64,000 nt of DNA from Ginglymostoma cirratum (taxonomy: Eukaryota): the NCBI GenBank assembly GCA_024137785.1, contig JAHRHZ010000048.1:10386168-10450167 (forward strand). Reading direction: 5' to 3'. The notes beneath the pieces were generated by a model. That model was not told the origin of the DNA and did not search any database. It saw only the letters and a program-made list of their open reading frames with translations. The number at the start of each line of letters is the position of its first letter. Positions within the stretch are counted from its first letter, which is position 1. The translations under genes and the position numbers were made by a program. Below, one piece after another: positions 39,001-52,180 of the stretch.

Positions 39001-42000
39001 AATACATTTTAAAGCATGAAATTTCAACACATCATTATTGCACAAGAGTGTCAAATACTAGTGTAGCATTTTGTACTGCTTTGATAATATGTTAGCTAAT
39101 TTGTTTTTAGGATTATTGCAAATGAACAGCATTGATGAGAGGCAAGCTTAGAATTTTGTAGAATGATAATTTGCTGCAAATTTTCCTCTTTCCAATTGAT
39201 TTAAGCTTAGCTCAGTTTGACAAGGCTGTGTGCTCCACAAGTCACTTAAACTTGATTTAATAGGCGACATGGGTTGGGAAATGTACAACTCTTTACATGT
39301 TGGACATCTGAAGTAAATGCAAGCGTCACTCTTGGATGTGATAAAGTAATCTTAAGCTAGCCCCAGCCTGCCACATCAAGCCTAAAGGGATTTGATGTGG
39401 TGTCAGAACCTTTGGCTTGAGGGTCACTTTCTGTTCTTGCTTCCTTTATGACAAAAGCAGGCTTTTGTCTTGTGTATTCATCACTGATGTTGCACACAGG
39501 CCTTTTTTTTCTGCCTTCAGAAACATTTTCATTAAAGGTGAATCTCTGAAGTATCTAAGACAGGCTGTATAAGTTAAAATCCAGAGGCTCTTATGCAGCC
39601 TGATTGAAATCACTACAGCTCCATAGCTGTGTCAGGGCCGTCATATCTCAGAAAGACATAAAACACATGGAAACATCAATAAAAAACAAGCTACTGACAG
39701 CTCAGAGACATACCAGCTGATGATAGGAGAAAGGGGGAAGGTTATGGCTCAAGGGGGAATTTTAAAATGCCTAACAGCCAGTCGAAGTGTCTACAGACTT
39801 CAGGGAGGCTGACGAACACAAGATAAAGTCTATCAGGTTATCACCTGTTCGAGCAGGAACCCAGACAGCAAGGCCACAGGGACCATGGATGACACATGAA
39901 CGATTTTATTTGCAAAATATATCAGAGAAGAGGCCCCATACAGTAAGGTTGCCTTGACAGCTCTTATGCCAAGTCAGATAAAAGAAAATGTTAAAGAGGA
40001 AGATGAGCAGCATGTTATAGTGAAGGAATTCTGCTTCCAGCTATAGGTTGCAGACATTAAAAAAATGAGCAAACTGTCTCTAATTCTTTCAATATCATAA
40101 GTAGAACAATTTCTGTACTGAGATCAGAGATGTTTTCAATTAGTAATTTCATTTGATTGCTATAATAATGAAAGCAGTCTTTTAAAGGTTTGACCTACTG
40201 ACTTGAGGCAGACTGCACTGCTAATACTGTGTTGTGAGGAGAAATAAGCTTGTTCTGCACTGGTACATTTTTAACACAGAAGTTACCGGTCTAGTCTATA
40301 AATTAACGGTGATTGAAGTATCAACTTCCAACACTGAAATGATACATCTTGATTGTTAATATTAACTATGAAGGAACTGTATTACAGAAAATGATTTACA
40401 GGAAACATTGCAAACAAATTTCATTTTTATAAATCTTGATTTGTCACATTGATCATATTATTCATGATTACTCATACATAACATCTCAACAAATTGCTTC
40501 GTATATTAACAATTGTACTTTTTTTCAGTCAATGAACTTATTATTAACTTTGGCGGGCTTTTTTTCAAACTTAATGATCAGTGAAAATTATCTTGCAGGT
40601 TTATTGTTTCCACTTAACATCAGCAATTTGCGACACGGGAGTATATCTATCAAATAAGAAAAAGAAATATTGATTTGAAATATTACAATGAAATATGTTT
40701 AAATATTGGGATTTGAGATTGTTTGAATGATGTGTCTTAATACTCACATAGTGACCTCGGCCTTTCTTAACCTGAATAATTAAAACTGCATTTATTTGAT
40801 GCAGCAGAGATGTTTTCTCTTTCCCTTCAGATTGTCAAAAACTTCTAGCATTTCCCTACTTATTAGGGTCCAGTTTGTCTACCCAGGTCTGGCCTAGCAA
40901 TTCTAAAATTATTGAGTCATCTTTAAGGGCCTTTGGTTTTTCTCAAAGTGCTATACTACCTTGATTTCTTTTAATCACAAATAAAATTCCACTGAAAGTG
41001 AAAAAGGATGTAAATTAAACTTTCAGAAAGAAAAGAAGCCTTTTCTAAAAAGAACATTACACTCTATAATTAGAGGATGAGCAGCAAGTTTTTGCTTGAA
41101 TTCTAATCAACTTATGGACCTTCCCTTTTCCACAATGTAACAAAATGACAATACAATGAACTTACAAAGGCCCTTTTGTTTTGCTTATTTGGAACATTAA
41201 CATAATATTTTAAGATGATCAATTGATTTTGAATCTAAACAGTAAACCTCAACAGATTTTGTAACAGGGCTCAAGGAAAACAGTAAACAATAATGCTTGA
41301 TTTAATTGTTTAGTCCTGGTCTTGGTATATTGTGCATTACAATTTCGCTGTTTTACCTCTGGTACTGGTAAGTACGCTGATGTTGTCAGCCAAGAAATAC
41401 AATGCGAGCGCAGCGGAAGATATTATCACAGGCCAAGGCATTTGGAAAACCAGAGCACTTTAACTGGGTCCTACGAACCACAACAGCTTGTTGTAACTGC
41501 CCTGATAACCCTTTCAATATCATCATTCTCCAGATATTAAATATGTTAAGAAATAATAGTAAAAATGAATAGGGAGGTTAGTTGTGTCGGTGCCTGTACA
41601 CCAATCTTTTATATTGCATTCCCAGAATGCAACTGGAACAATGCTAGAAGGCCTACAGAATACGAGTCTCTAATTGCATATCATTTAAATTCCCTCTGCT
41701 GGATGGAAAATATGTTGTCCTGTGTTTGCTGTTCAAAATAATGTTGTCAGAGCTGGGGAGGGTTGGTGGAATTCAGCAGTTTTATTTAAAAGGTTGTGAA
41801 ATCATGTGGAGATAAATTGTGTCGATTGCGGATACCATTAGGTCTCATTGAGTAATCCTTCACAGGAAGGTTATGAGTTTCCAGATTTGCTGTAAGACGT
41901 TCCATACTATTCATGAGCAAAGTAAAATAGCTGGAATGTTATCAGACTTAGTTGTTAGTTACTTTTCAGATGTATATCAATTTTTTTTTAGATTTAGTTT

Positions 42001-42760
42001 TTGGGAGTAAATTTGAGTTCTTCATTTTCTCTCTGTCTTCTCATTGGTGCTGTCCTATAGAACAGAGACTTCTAATTCTTCCACAATAGAATTCTGAATA
42101 AAGATGAATGTTGACAAAAGAATAGATCACATAAAGCAACATGATTTCCTCTCAAAAATGTTTAATATTTTGACAATCAACAGGAACTAAAGGGATGGAT
42201 ACATTTCTATTTCTATAGCTACCTAGCTGAACAAAAAAGAATCATTTATTAAATAATCATTTATTTTGAGGTGCCTCTGCAAGATGGACAGAGAATGAGT
42301 ACGCATTAATTAATACCTTTAGTCTAAAATCCCTGCTAAAGTGCCATCCCATTCTTGGAACAAAAGAACAATTAGTTATGCTTTCATTGATGGAACTAAA
42401 TTGGAAGTTGTGGCTCAGGTTCAGATTGGTAATCCGTACAGATTTATATGCTTCTGTGTAGTTTCAATTACTTGATGCCAGCTAGCTTACTGTTTTGCTA
42501 TGCTTCACACTGGAGATTTTGTTCACTTTGGCCACCTGAAACATGACCAAGCTACTGCAATTGATGCATTAGATTTTCAAGACTAAATTTTGAGATAATC
42601 AAAACATGCTAACAATAGGTAAAATATAACATTTTAAGCAATCATTTTACATCCAACAGATTTATGTTATGTTTTGCCTTTGCTCAAAGTCTAATTCATT
42701 TGAATGAAATACTGCAAGCTTTTCATGGATTATATTGGCTGTCAAACTTTGAGTATTGCT

Positions 42761-43105
42761 AAAAGAGACACATTTTTTCACCTTTTATCTTGCATTCATC
42801 AGGTCAATTCACAAGAATGCCAATTTCTGGGGAAAACCAACATTTATTCTTAATAAGAGGAAAGTGCTCGTTGGTTGGCAAGTGAACTGTGTTGAATGCG
42901 TTGTTATGGAGAAAAAAACATTTAACAATGATTAACAATTAACTAGCATGCTTTCTTTAAATCAGGTTGAGATCCATCTAATTAAAATCCATTTGCCAAC
43001 CTATCAACACTCCGTTCGTTGGCATAAATTTTGTTTTTTCCTTAAAACTGGTGTACTTGCAAACGTCCTGATGCTTGCAAGATGAAAAACTTAGACAGAA
43101 TGCCC
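42761..43105. mobile_element. Old element with inverted termini carrying hammerhead-like boxes (probable PLE derivative)
   Basis: ttttatcttgcattcatcagg (42783-42803) is an imperfect inverted repeat of cctgatgcttgcaagatgaaaa (43067-43088). Both resemble CTGATGA...GAAA. Confidence 0.5.
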
Positions 43106-43829
43106 TTTGTCAGCAATACTTAAGTCCTGTAATCCTTTTACATCAACCTGTGTTTTAATTGGCGCACCATCAGCGGCACTCTATATACCCCCTGCATTAC
43201 ATTTCCATTATTTACTGTGTGTTTTTACATTGATTTTAGGAAGTCTGCAGAAGTTTTTCCATAGTTTTTTTAGGGATGGTGATGTCTCAAAGACTCGCTT
43301 GGTCAGGATTTACTTTGGTTATGCGTACATCTTAATCATCCTGAATATTTGATCAACTGGCAAACTCCTGGTCCCACAAGCGCCAGCCAATAAAAGCTTT
43401 GCTGTATTAACTTCTGATTGCTTTCCCATAAGATAAACCTTTATGTGCAGAAATGTTCAAAGTTCACTATTTTTGGTAGGACATGACTTGATAGATATAG
43501 CTCACCATATTCCTAATCAGCTATGGTTAGCTTGCCAGAGCATGTAAATATCACCTCCAGAAGTATCCATTCCTTGTCCGGCACTTTATTGATGCAATTG
43601 ATCTTCTGGTAGGTAAGCAAACACTTCCCAATTATCAGTAGATTTACTGAGTTGAAATAGACATGAAATTTGAGTAACTATTTTTGATCTACCTGGGAAA
43701 GAGTAATTGTAATTTAGACCAAAAAAAAAGTGATCAGGGTACCTTCTTTATCAGTTTGGATGAGCTAGTTTACAAGCAGAAAGATCATGAGTGCTCTGAG
43801 TTGTCATTTGCAAGAGAGCATTTTGAAAT

Positions 43830-44786
43830 TGTTATGAAGTGTGTAGAGTAATCATGAATTGGAAGGCAGGAATCTAGAATTTGTTTGTAGAGAAAGAGAT
43901 AAGGGAGAAGAGTGTATGGCTCCTTTAAGAGGTGAAGTGCTTTTCTAAGCTTAAAGATTTATACAGAAAAAAATGTGTTTGTATGTAACTGAAGATGTAC
44001 AGACATGTCTGAAATTGAAACATGTATCAATTGGCTATGTGATTGGAAGACTTAGGGTTGTTTTAATGTTTTAGTAACTAACTGCAATCAGCCAATTAAT
44101 TTAAACCAACCACTTAGCGATTGAAAGCCAATTAAAGTTAAATCTGATGGTTTTGACAACCTCGGACTAATGATAAAATAAGAAAATTGATCTGTCATCC
44201 AAGGTATATGATGAGAGGGGTTTTGAAAATCAGCATGAGAGTGAATCACCATCAGAGAAATAAGCATCTAGCTCTCACAAGAAATCGCTCAGCTCTCTAA
44301 GAAAGCACCATCTAAAAGGTACCACCGCTCTTCTAGCTAAGTGTCCTCACAGAAGACTTCTCAGAGAAAACATCCTTGATAGCCAGATCAGTGAAAAAAA
44401 GGCATTTATGAGTTGAGAACAGCAGAAAGAAGATGTGTAAACTTGGAGACAAGAAGTTTTAATTTATTTTCTTATTACTTAGGTTTGTATAAGTAGGATT
44501 TGTTTTATTAGAACAGCCTACCAGTAGAATTTAGTTCAGTAAGGGAATAGTTAGTAGCTGGGGGGCATTGTCCGGTTTGTCAGTATTTTGGTTGGTTTGT
44601 TCACTGTTAGGGTTAAATAAATAAATTGTTATTTGTCACTTATGAAGATAATATCAGGGATTTTCTTTTATTGAACACCCCCTTCTCTGTAACAGCTTAA
44701 CAGATTAGGTGAGGTGAGGTGAGGTGAGCTTCTCTGGGTGTTTCGGGTTTAATTATCAGAAAGAAATCTCTACTCCCGCCGTAATG
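43830..44786 (+). mobile_element. Candidate solo LTR
   Basis: Begins TGTTATG and ends CGTAATG (imperfect TG..CA inverted ends). CCAAT boxes ~44030-44135, TATA-like ~44204, AATAAA ~44616, (GGTGA)4 near the 3' end. No TSD seen. Confidence 0.4.
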
Positions 44787-46107
44787 GCTTGTGTTTCAAT
44801 TTGAATTATCAGAAAGGTTCGAACGCCCTTTCTGAACAAAGTCAAAACTTAGAAGTGCACAAACTCAGTAAGGCTGAGTCAAATATCAAGTCAATCAAAT
44901 GACAAGTTTCAGCACTAATGTTAACATGATCAGACAGGTGCTGTGCTTTGCACAGCACAGCAGGACGATTGATTAAGGTTTTATGTAATACAATGGCATG
45001 AATTTTAACTAAATCAGGATGCTTTTCAGTTCTTTGAAAATGACAGTCAGGTTCCAGTTCCACTCCCAGGATTTCAGATTGTCACCAGGATTTTCGCTCA
45101 TCCTGGTATTCTGCAATTTTCATTGTTCCATTTTCAAGGATTCATGGCACCTCAGAGATGCCATTGCCATAGTCTGCATGAAGAAAAGATTTGAAGGGTG
45201 AGATTAAACATCCCTACCTCTCAAGATGTGCCACTACCTAACCCAATAGACCCTCAAGCCGCCTTATCAGGTTATGCCACTACTACCCCTCTACCTATAG
45301 CCGCTCATGTACCTTCCTGCCAGGCAACTACACTTTCATTTCCATTCATCCAATTTACACTGAAATATACCCCACTGTGACAATAAAATGTGTAAATAGC
45401 TTTTTGTTTCAAAAAAAAAGCAGTTGAATACTTTGTATTCCTAAATGCCAATAATAGTCTCAATCATCCAGCCTCTTTAAAGTATCTCTAGTAGTAACTG
45501 CAAGCTCTTCAACGCTTGTATAAATGAACATTGTGTAAGTGTCAATGTAGATCAGTGAGCTAGAGTTAACGTTCAAGCAAAGTATTCTCTATGGTTCAGG
45601 TATGATTGTCTAGGGTCTCACTCAAGAATGCATAATGAGACTTGGCTAGTAGCCCAAACATCCATTAAACTGTTGAAACATCCAAACCCCAGAGAAAATG
45701 TTGTTTGATTAACAACATTGTATACCTAATCTGTGCTGTACACTGTTTGATTTTACAAGATGAAAATGCTTCAAGTGTTTACAGTTTCTGCTATTAATAG
45801 TTTAAATGATTGCATAATTGTCACTTCTGTTTGCTTTTAAGTAGAAGTATGGATAAACGAGATTGTTTTTTATTTCAAAAGCTTTTCATCCAATTTATTG
45901 TCACTGTTATAGGATTCATTCTTCAGTACAATGTATCATGGGTGAATTGGAATTAATGTGGCACAGCCTGGTGAAGGGATGTCTAAGAGCTCATTGTGAG
46001 TGTTGGTTGGAAGTGGCATAACCTGCTATAGGATGTATAAGAAGCCATTAGAGATGTAATTGAGAATCGTAAGGCTGCCTGGATCGGGCATGCTAAGTAT
46101 AGGTATC

Positions 46108-46238
46108 CATGATGTGGAGGTGCCAGTGTTGGACTGAGGTGGGCAAAGTAATAAGCATCACACGGCACCAGGTTATATTCCAACAGGTTCATTTGAAATC
46201 ACAAGTTTTCAGAGCACTGCTCCTTCGTCAGGTGAAGT
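46108..46238 (-). mobile_element. PLE-type mini-element (family C) with a three-stem minimal hammerhead
   Basis: Minus strand ucac-CUGACGA-A-GGAGC-AGU-GCUCU-GAAA-AC-UU-guga at 46198-46235: stem I ucac/guga, stem II GGAGC/GCUCU. Confidence 0.75.
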
Positions 46239-46239
46239 A

Positions 46240-46340
46240 TCATCAAGATTGAAAACATTAGCTTGCTCTCTCCCCACGGATGCTGCCTGACCCATTGTGA
46301 TTTCCAGCATTTTGTTGTTTTCAGTACAGATTCCAGCATC
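46240..46340 (+). mobile_element. PLE-type 3' tail fragment, head-to-head with 46108-46238
   Basis: gaaaacattagcttgctctctccccacggatgctgcctgacc...gattccagcatctgcagt resembles the tail at 23014-23110. The CUGA box is missing. Confidence 0.7.
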
Positions 46341-47084
46341 TGCAGTAACTTGTTCCTACATTGAGCATTTTATTAGTGTTTTTAACCTAGTAGAAGGTAC
46401 TTGAAGTTAGTGGACAGCTGTTGTGAATTACGTCTACTAACACATTTGCTTTGATGATAAATTACGTAAAATACAATATTTGCATATTTTATACTGAATA
46501 GATTTACTCATTTGAAGTGTTGTATATTCTAAGCTTCAATGCTGAGAATTGCAAGCAGTTATTTAAACTAAGGTGTCATACTATAATAGTGCTTCATCTC
46601 TCACATTTACAGTCCCTTGAGCAAGTATGTTTTTTGGCACTCTGAATCTCACCATTATTAGTAAGCAGATGTTCATCCTCTTGCTGATGACACAACCATT
46701 CACAAAGTGATTACTGTCACACTATTTGAAGTGCAAGCAATTTCCAAATTACGATAGGAAGGTCTTGGTTACATTGAACAATGAGGTTATCTATTCATTC
46801 AACTCGTAGTGAACTGTCTTTGCAAGCATTGATGCAGATTGTTGTTCTGTGATGTGTGCCTTCTGTAATAGTCTAACTTCTCATCTTTGTTAGGCACTGA
46901 TAAAAATAAGATTGAAACTGGACCATAAGAGTTCTTCTAATCTGGAAGACGTTGTCTGAAAGAACATAGAAACAGATTCGATACTAAATGTCAAAAGAGA
47001 AATGGACGAATAACTCGAAAAGGATAAACTTACAGGTCAAAGGATTGCAGGGTGAGACATTCTTTCAAAATGCCAACATAGGTT

Positions 47085-47322
47085 GTTTGCACATTCTCCC
47101 CGTGTCTGCTTGGGTTTCCTCCAGGTGCTCCAGTTTCTTCCCACTGTCCAATTATGCGCAGCATAGGTGGATTGGCCATGCTAAATTGCCCCTAGTGTTC
47201 AGGGATATGTTGGTTAGGTGGGTTATAGGGGGGGTGGATCTGGATGGGATGCTGTGAGAGTCGTGTGGACTTGTTGAGCCCAAGGGCCTTTTTTCATACT
47301 GTAGGGCTTCTAAGTCTAAGTC
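47085..47322 (+). mobile_element. HE1-like SINE, 5'-truncated
   Basis: gtttgcacattctccccgtgtctgc...ggtggattggccatgctaaattgccc, ending in a (tctaag)n tail. Confidence 0.8.
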
Positions 47323-48639
47323 ATGGGAACAGTGCCAGCAGCCCTTTATTTGGCTGTTTGTTTCTATGAAGAGTTGGCACTTACTTAGTTCTCCATGAGT
47401 TTCTGTCACATTTTTCTATTCTGCCTCAGTGTAAGGTATTACCCCACTGTACTAACAGGGAAGCTTGATATTCCATTTCTTCTACTCATGCATTATTTGT
47501 ACGATCGGTGCTGGTCTGTGTAGAATTGTCATTTGAATGAAGAAATTTAAATGTGGAGTTATCCATAAGAGATACACAAAAATTGCGAGGTAATAATAAC
47601 AGCAGCCCACCTAGTTTGTGTTTTACCAGGCTGAATCATTGTAGATATAACCACAATGTAATTCTTGGCCAATTGTAGATTGGTACAAATGAGTACAATG
47701 GATCCAGACATGAGCTTCGGAGATGTCCAGCTGTGGGACACTGTGGAAACCACAGATCAAAAGTCACCTACTCCTCACAAGGAAGGTACACTTTGTCAAC
47801 TATCAAGTAACTTACTGTTTCATATTTTCAGAAAAAAATCTGATTTGATTTGAATGAATAAGTAGAATTTTAGAATTCCTACAGCGTGGAAGTTTATCTG
47901 CAACTATTATCTCCTCTAGGAGTCTGCTCCCTAATGACCACTTGCTCATTGGAATATTGCTTCTGCAGGCCATGCAAATTCAGCACTGCCTCAGTATTTG
48001 TGAGGCTAGGTATAATCTGTCGCCTGTTGGTGTTCTAATACAAGTCTTCTGTGTTTCTCTGTAGTCTCAGCAGCCACACAGAGACCTTATTACATTATCT
48101 CCAGAGACACACTATTAGGTTCCAACCTGATATGAAGATAGATGAATACCAACTACCAATTTATACCCTATCTATGTCTATGTATAAGTGAAATATTCCA
48201 AATAATATATCTCCGACATGTCAATGTTATTTAGGGCAACAGAATTTGCATGATTCGCTATTTAATGCTCAAGGATTGAATAGTCAAGAAATGTTTAAAC
48301 TGTCATTGACTTTCCTGAAGCAAAACATCCGTGGTTGCATAACATAGAAAGAATCAAAAATATCCAATTCAGAATCTTTATTAAAGTGATACTGAAATCC
48401 GTCAGAGCCTGGCATCTCCAAAGTCATCTAAAAAAAGTCTAATAATTATTCAAAGATCTATCCTTTTAGAAATGGTTACACCATCTTCCCACCTGGGAGC
48501 CAGGATTTAAATGGTTTGTCACTATCATTTCGAAAAAAGTGACTACATGGGAGCAATAATTGTTTTACCTGCTCTGGACATAATGGTGTTGATTCTGGCT
48601 ATTTAAGAAAATTGCAGCGAATTTTGTGATTTCATCTGA

Positions 48640-48818
48640 GCTCCTGTCTGCATGGGTTTTCTCCAGATATTCTGGTTTCCTCTCACAGTCCAAAGATGTG
48701 CAGGTTAGGTGGATTGGCCATGGGAAATGCAGGGTTACAGAGTTGAGGGTGTGGGTCTGAGTGGGGTGCTTTTTGGAGAGTTAGTAGGGACAACTTCCAC
48801 ACTGTAGAGATTCTATGA
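48640..48818 (+). mobile_element. HE1-like SINE fragment
   Basis: cacagtccaaagatgtgcaggttaggtggattggccatgggaaatgcagggttaca...ccacactgtagagattctatg. Confidence 0.8.
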
Positions 48819-49394
48819 GAATGTTGGTCTGGGATTTCTTCCTTGGGCATATATTGGATGTTCGACCTGAATTGTTTTACCCATATTGCCAATGTCAAGT
48901 TATATCTCCAATCCAATTACAGCATGGTTCTACATATTAATGCCAGCACTTTGGAGTGCACCAACACCTCTCATTGGAAGTCCTTAGTCAAGTCGAAGGA
49001 GACATCTTTCATGCAGGGTGTCAGCTCAAAAAGTCAAGAACAGCCTTTGATATCAGTTCAGAAACTTGGGGATTGCTTGAGGCCACCAGGTCAAAGGATC
49101 CATACATCTACAGTCTCAGGAGTGTCGCACTATCACCCCTGTGGGTCCAATGCAGCCAGACCATGGAATCGTAGGAACACAGTCAGGAGCTGTACACTTA
49201 TCAGTCAGGGGTCACTCATCATTCGGGGCTATCCCACCAAATTGCTCAAGGCTTTGGGCTAAGGTCTGTCCGGGGTGGGGGTGGGGTTCTAATTACTAAA
49301 AGTCAAGTAGGCTTTAACGGGCATCACTACTGCAGCAGGGAGGCCAGAGATGTCAATTGTAGGGATTTGAGCCAGAATGTTGAAATACAGATGG

Positions 49395-49737
49395 AATTAT
49401 TCATAAAGTGTGGAAACAGGCCATCCAGCTCAACATGTCCACACCAACTCTCTGAAGACCACCCTACTCAGACTTACCTACTACTCTATCCTTGTAATCC
49501 TGCATTTCCCACGGCTAATCCACATAACCTACAAATCTCTGGACACTATGGTCAATTTAGCATGGCCAATCCATTTAACCCGCACATCTTTGGACTGTGG
49601 GAGGAAACTGGAGCACCCAGAGGAAACTCACACAGACACAGGGAGCATGTGCAAATTCTACACAGACAGTCACTTGAGGCTGGAATTGATTCCTGGTACT
49701 GTTAGGGAGCAGTGCTAACCACTGAACAACCATGCTG
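49395..49737 (-). mobile_element. HE1-like SINE, near full length
   Basis: Reverse-complement homologue of 54249-54558. Head gtgctaaccactg at ~49712. Confidence 0.85.
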
Positions 49738-49777
49738 AAAAGGGAGGCAACTCAATATATAAGGAGGAGGAGGAGGG

Positions 49778-49885
49778 GTCTTATGGCAATGCCTGTACCT
49801 ATGAGCCAGGAGGCCTGGGTTCATATCCCACCTGCTCCAGAGGTGTGTCATAACATATCTGAACAGACTGATCTGAAATATCTAT
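49778..49885 (+). mobile_element. Short tRNA-derived SINE head
   Basis: ggcctgggttcatatcccacctgctccagaggtgtg, homologous to 30128-30368. Confidence 0.7.
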
Positions 49886-50629
49886 AATGGGGAAGAGACA
49901 GAGCATGGTAGGGAATGAGGTAACATGGGAGGGGGAAGTTCATAGACAGTCAGGAGCATCCTGGCTTCAATGGAGGGACAGCAGACTATTAGATCTGATG
50001 TGTTCACTCGATTTGCCTGATGCTGGGACATTAAAGTGGGCAGATGAAGGTTTGGGGTTGACAGAGAGGGATGCCAAGAAAAAAATGTTTACATTTCGGA
50101 CTTCACCAATAGTAAAAAGCTGAGCCTAAAACTCACTGTTTCAAGAATGTGTTCCATCATGCCCATCCCTCTTTTGTTCACCTTTGACCTGGGATTGACT
50201 GTCTTTCATCATGCTGTAAATAACAAGTGAAACGAAATGGCTGCGACCACACCCAGAATAGGCAGAGTAAGAGTTTCCATCTGTCAGGGAGAGCACTTTA
50301 ATATTGAGTGATGAATGACCCTTCAAAGGGCAACAACATTACTCAGGCATCCGTACACTAATGCTGAGTAATATGTGCTCCGTGAACCTTAGGCATTAGC
50401 CCACTGGGTGTCATGCAAATCCTTGTCCCCAAGCCCTGTTGACTACCTTATAGAACATGACAAATCAATCCCGCTAAAGACTAGCTAGACATAGACACAG
50501 CTGATGAAGAGAAGTGAACATATATTTCAATACGTGACAACCTATTTATATTGATGTGTCACACATAAGCCCTCCAAAGGTGGTTCTTCTTTCTTTGCCT
50601 CCCATTACATCTCATTGCAGTCCTCTGTT

Positions 50630-52180
50630 CTGTATCTAGGGTGGAGAGCAGTGAAGCCTACTGGCCTTGCAGGTTTGATCAGGTGATCCTGGGCATTTCT
50701 GTCTAGAAGGGTGGAGCTGGAAGGTCCAGCCATCTCTGGAGTGTCTTGATAGGAACATTCTGGGGAGTTTTTGAGGCTCGTCCTCTGGCTGGGTGCTTTC
50801 AGGTACTGACCACCTCCTTGTGAGGAAGGGATACAGAGAGTGGGGTCAAGGTCCCCCATCCCCCAGTTGTCTTGCCATTGGTGGTGAGTGCCATTGCTTA
50901 GAGTGATGGAGTGCAGGTCTATACACATACCCAGGAGACTCTGAGGCTGCTGGGTCTGGCTCTCCATGGCATCTGGCAACCAGTCCATGAAGGCAGCCAG
51001 CCACTCACATTCTGGAGGCAGCAAGGTCCTAACTATGTTGCTGTGTATCAATTTGCTCAGTGCTACCAATAAACCTGCCGGGTCTTCCTGTTTCTACTCA
51101 TGCAAGTCATAAATGGCTGACACCATGGGGTCCATCTCCTACCTGGGGCTGTGAAGGTGCCTGGTGTCTGGCAGCCCTCTGAATTCCAGGGAACTGGGAC
51201 TTTTCTTCCTCTGAAAGCTGCAGAATCATTGTAGTGACGTGCTCACGAGCAGTTGCTCCTGGCTCTAGTCTGGCTAATGGCTCCTCTGGCTAATGTGTCA
51301 GTATCTGAGCTGCTGGATGGAAAAGCAGGCAGTCTTACTGGTGCTTCCTCTGAGGTGTCCATGTTTTTTTTCCTCAGAGGTGGAAGAGGGGATGTCTTGT
51401 GACACCATCCTCTACACTGTGGAGATCATGGACGTCGCTCTGGTACTTGCAAGAGATTAAAGAGAATATGTCATGACTAAAGTGTAGAAGTTGTGGCTTG
51501 TTAAGAAAACATTGACAAAGGTGACAATTGGATATGAGCACAATGAACCATGCTTCTTACTTGGTTGGCAAGACATGGGTGTTTCAATATCTCCATAGGA
51601 GTGGTCCTGGTCCTGGAAGCAAGAGCCTAGGTTCTTTCATTGTAGGGGATGAGGAGACAAGTGTTGGATGTCCCACCACCCATTCTGACTCACATGGCCC
51701 TATTATGGGATGGTTCCTCCAGCAACGAAAGTAAACGAAGGAAAGTAGCTGGCATTGGTGCAGGTGTGTGAAAGTTATGGGTTGTGAGCACGCAGCAGAG
51801 AAGGCATTCAGAATTGTTAGGGTGATGGGTTTGGAGCAGGAGAGGGTGAAGAATTTGCACACAGTAATGAGGATGATAGAGTACGAGACTTAATGGAAGG
51901 TGTGCAGTAGCAGAGATAGAGGGAGCCTGAGGTAGCAGAGAAAAGAAGATGGCACTTACCCTGGCAGCATGGAGAAGGTTATTTTTCATCTTTTTCACCA
52001 TGCCAACCATACTGACCAAAATGTAGACATCAGACCAGGCTGGCAGAGATCCATGACCTGTTGTTTGGCCTGTCCATGAAAATGGAAATGGAGAAGAACA
52101 GCATGTCTCGAAGTAAGAAGTATTGGGTTGATGTAACCAGACCAAAGTGAGTCTCACCCACCAATTCAAAATATGCATTC
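50630..52180 (-). pseudogene. Decayed three-exon Myb/SANT-like gene of a Harbinger-type transposon
   Basis: Exon 1 'SLPAWSDVYILVSMV..VKKMKNNLLHAAR' then GTAAGT (51954-51959). Exon 2 ~51561-51719 'EEPSHNRAM*VRMGGG...LIPYNER' (cf. HN.RE...TGGG....LT..EE) then GTAAG (51556-51560). Long GC-richer exon 3 below ~51448, overlapping ORF 50605..51069. Confidence 0.65.

Noticed and set aside
41314-41373. Short plus-strand exon ending in GTAAGT
   Set aside because: Poor acceptor context and no recognisable translation in any frame.
43161-43180. CTCF-like site
   Set aside because: It needs a 1-bp deletion inside the core to match the consensus.
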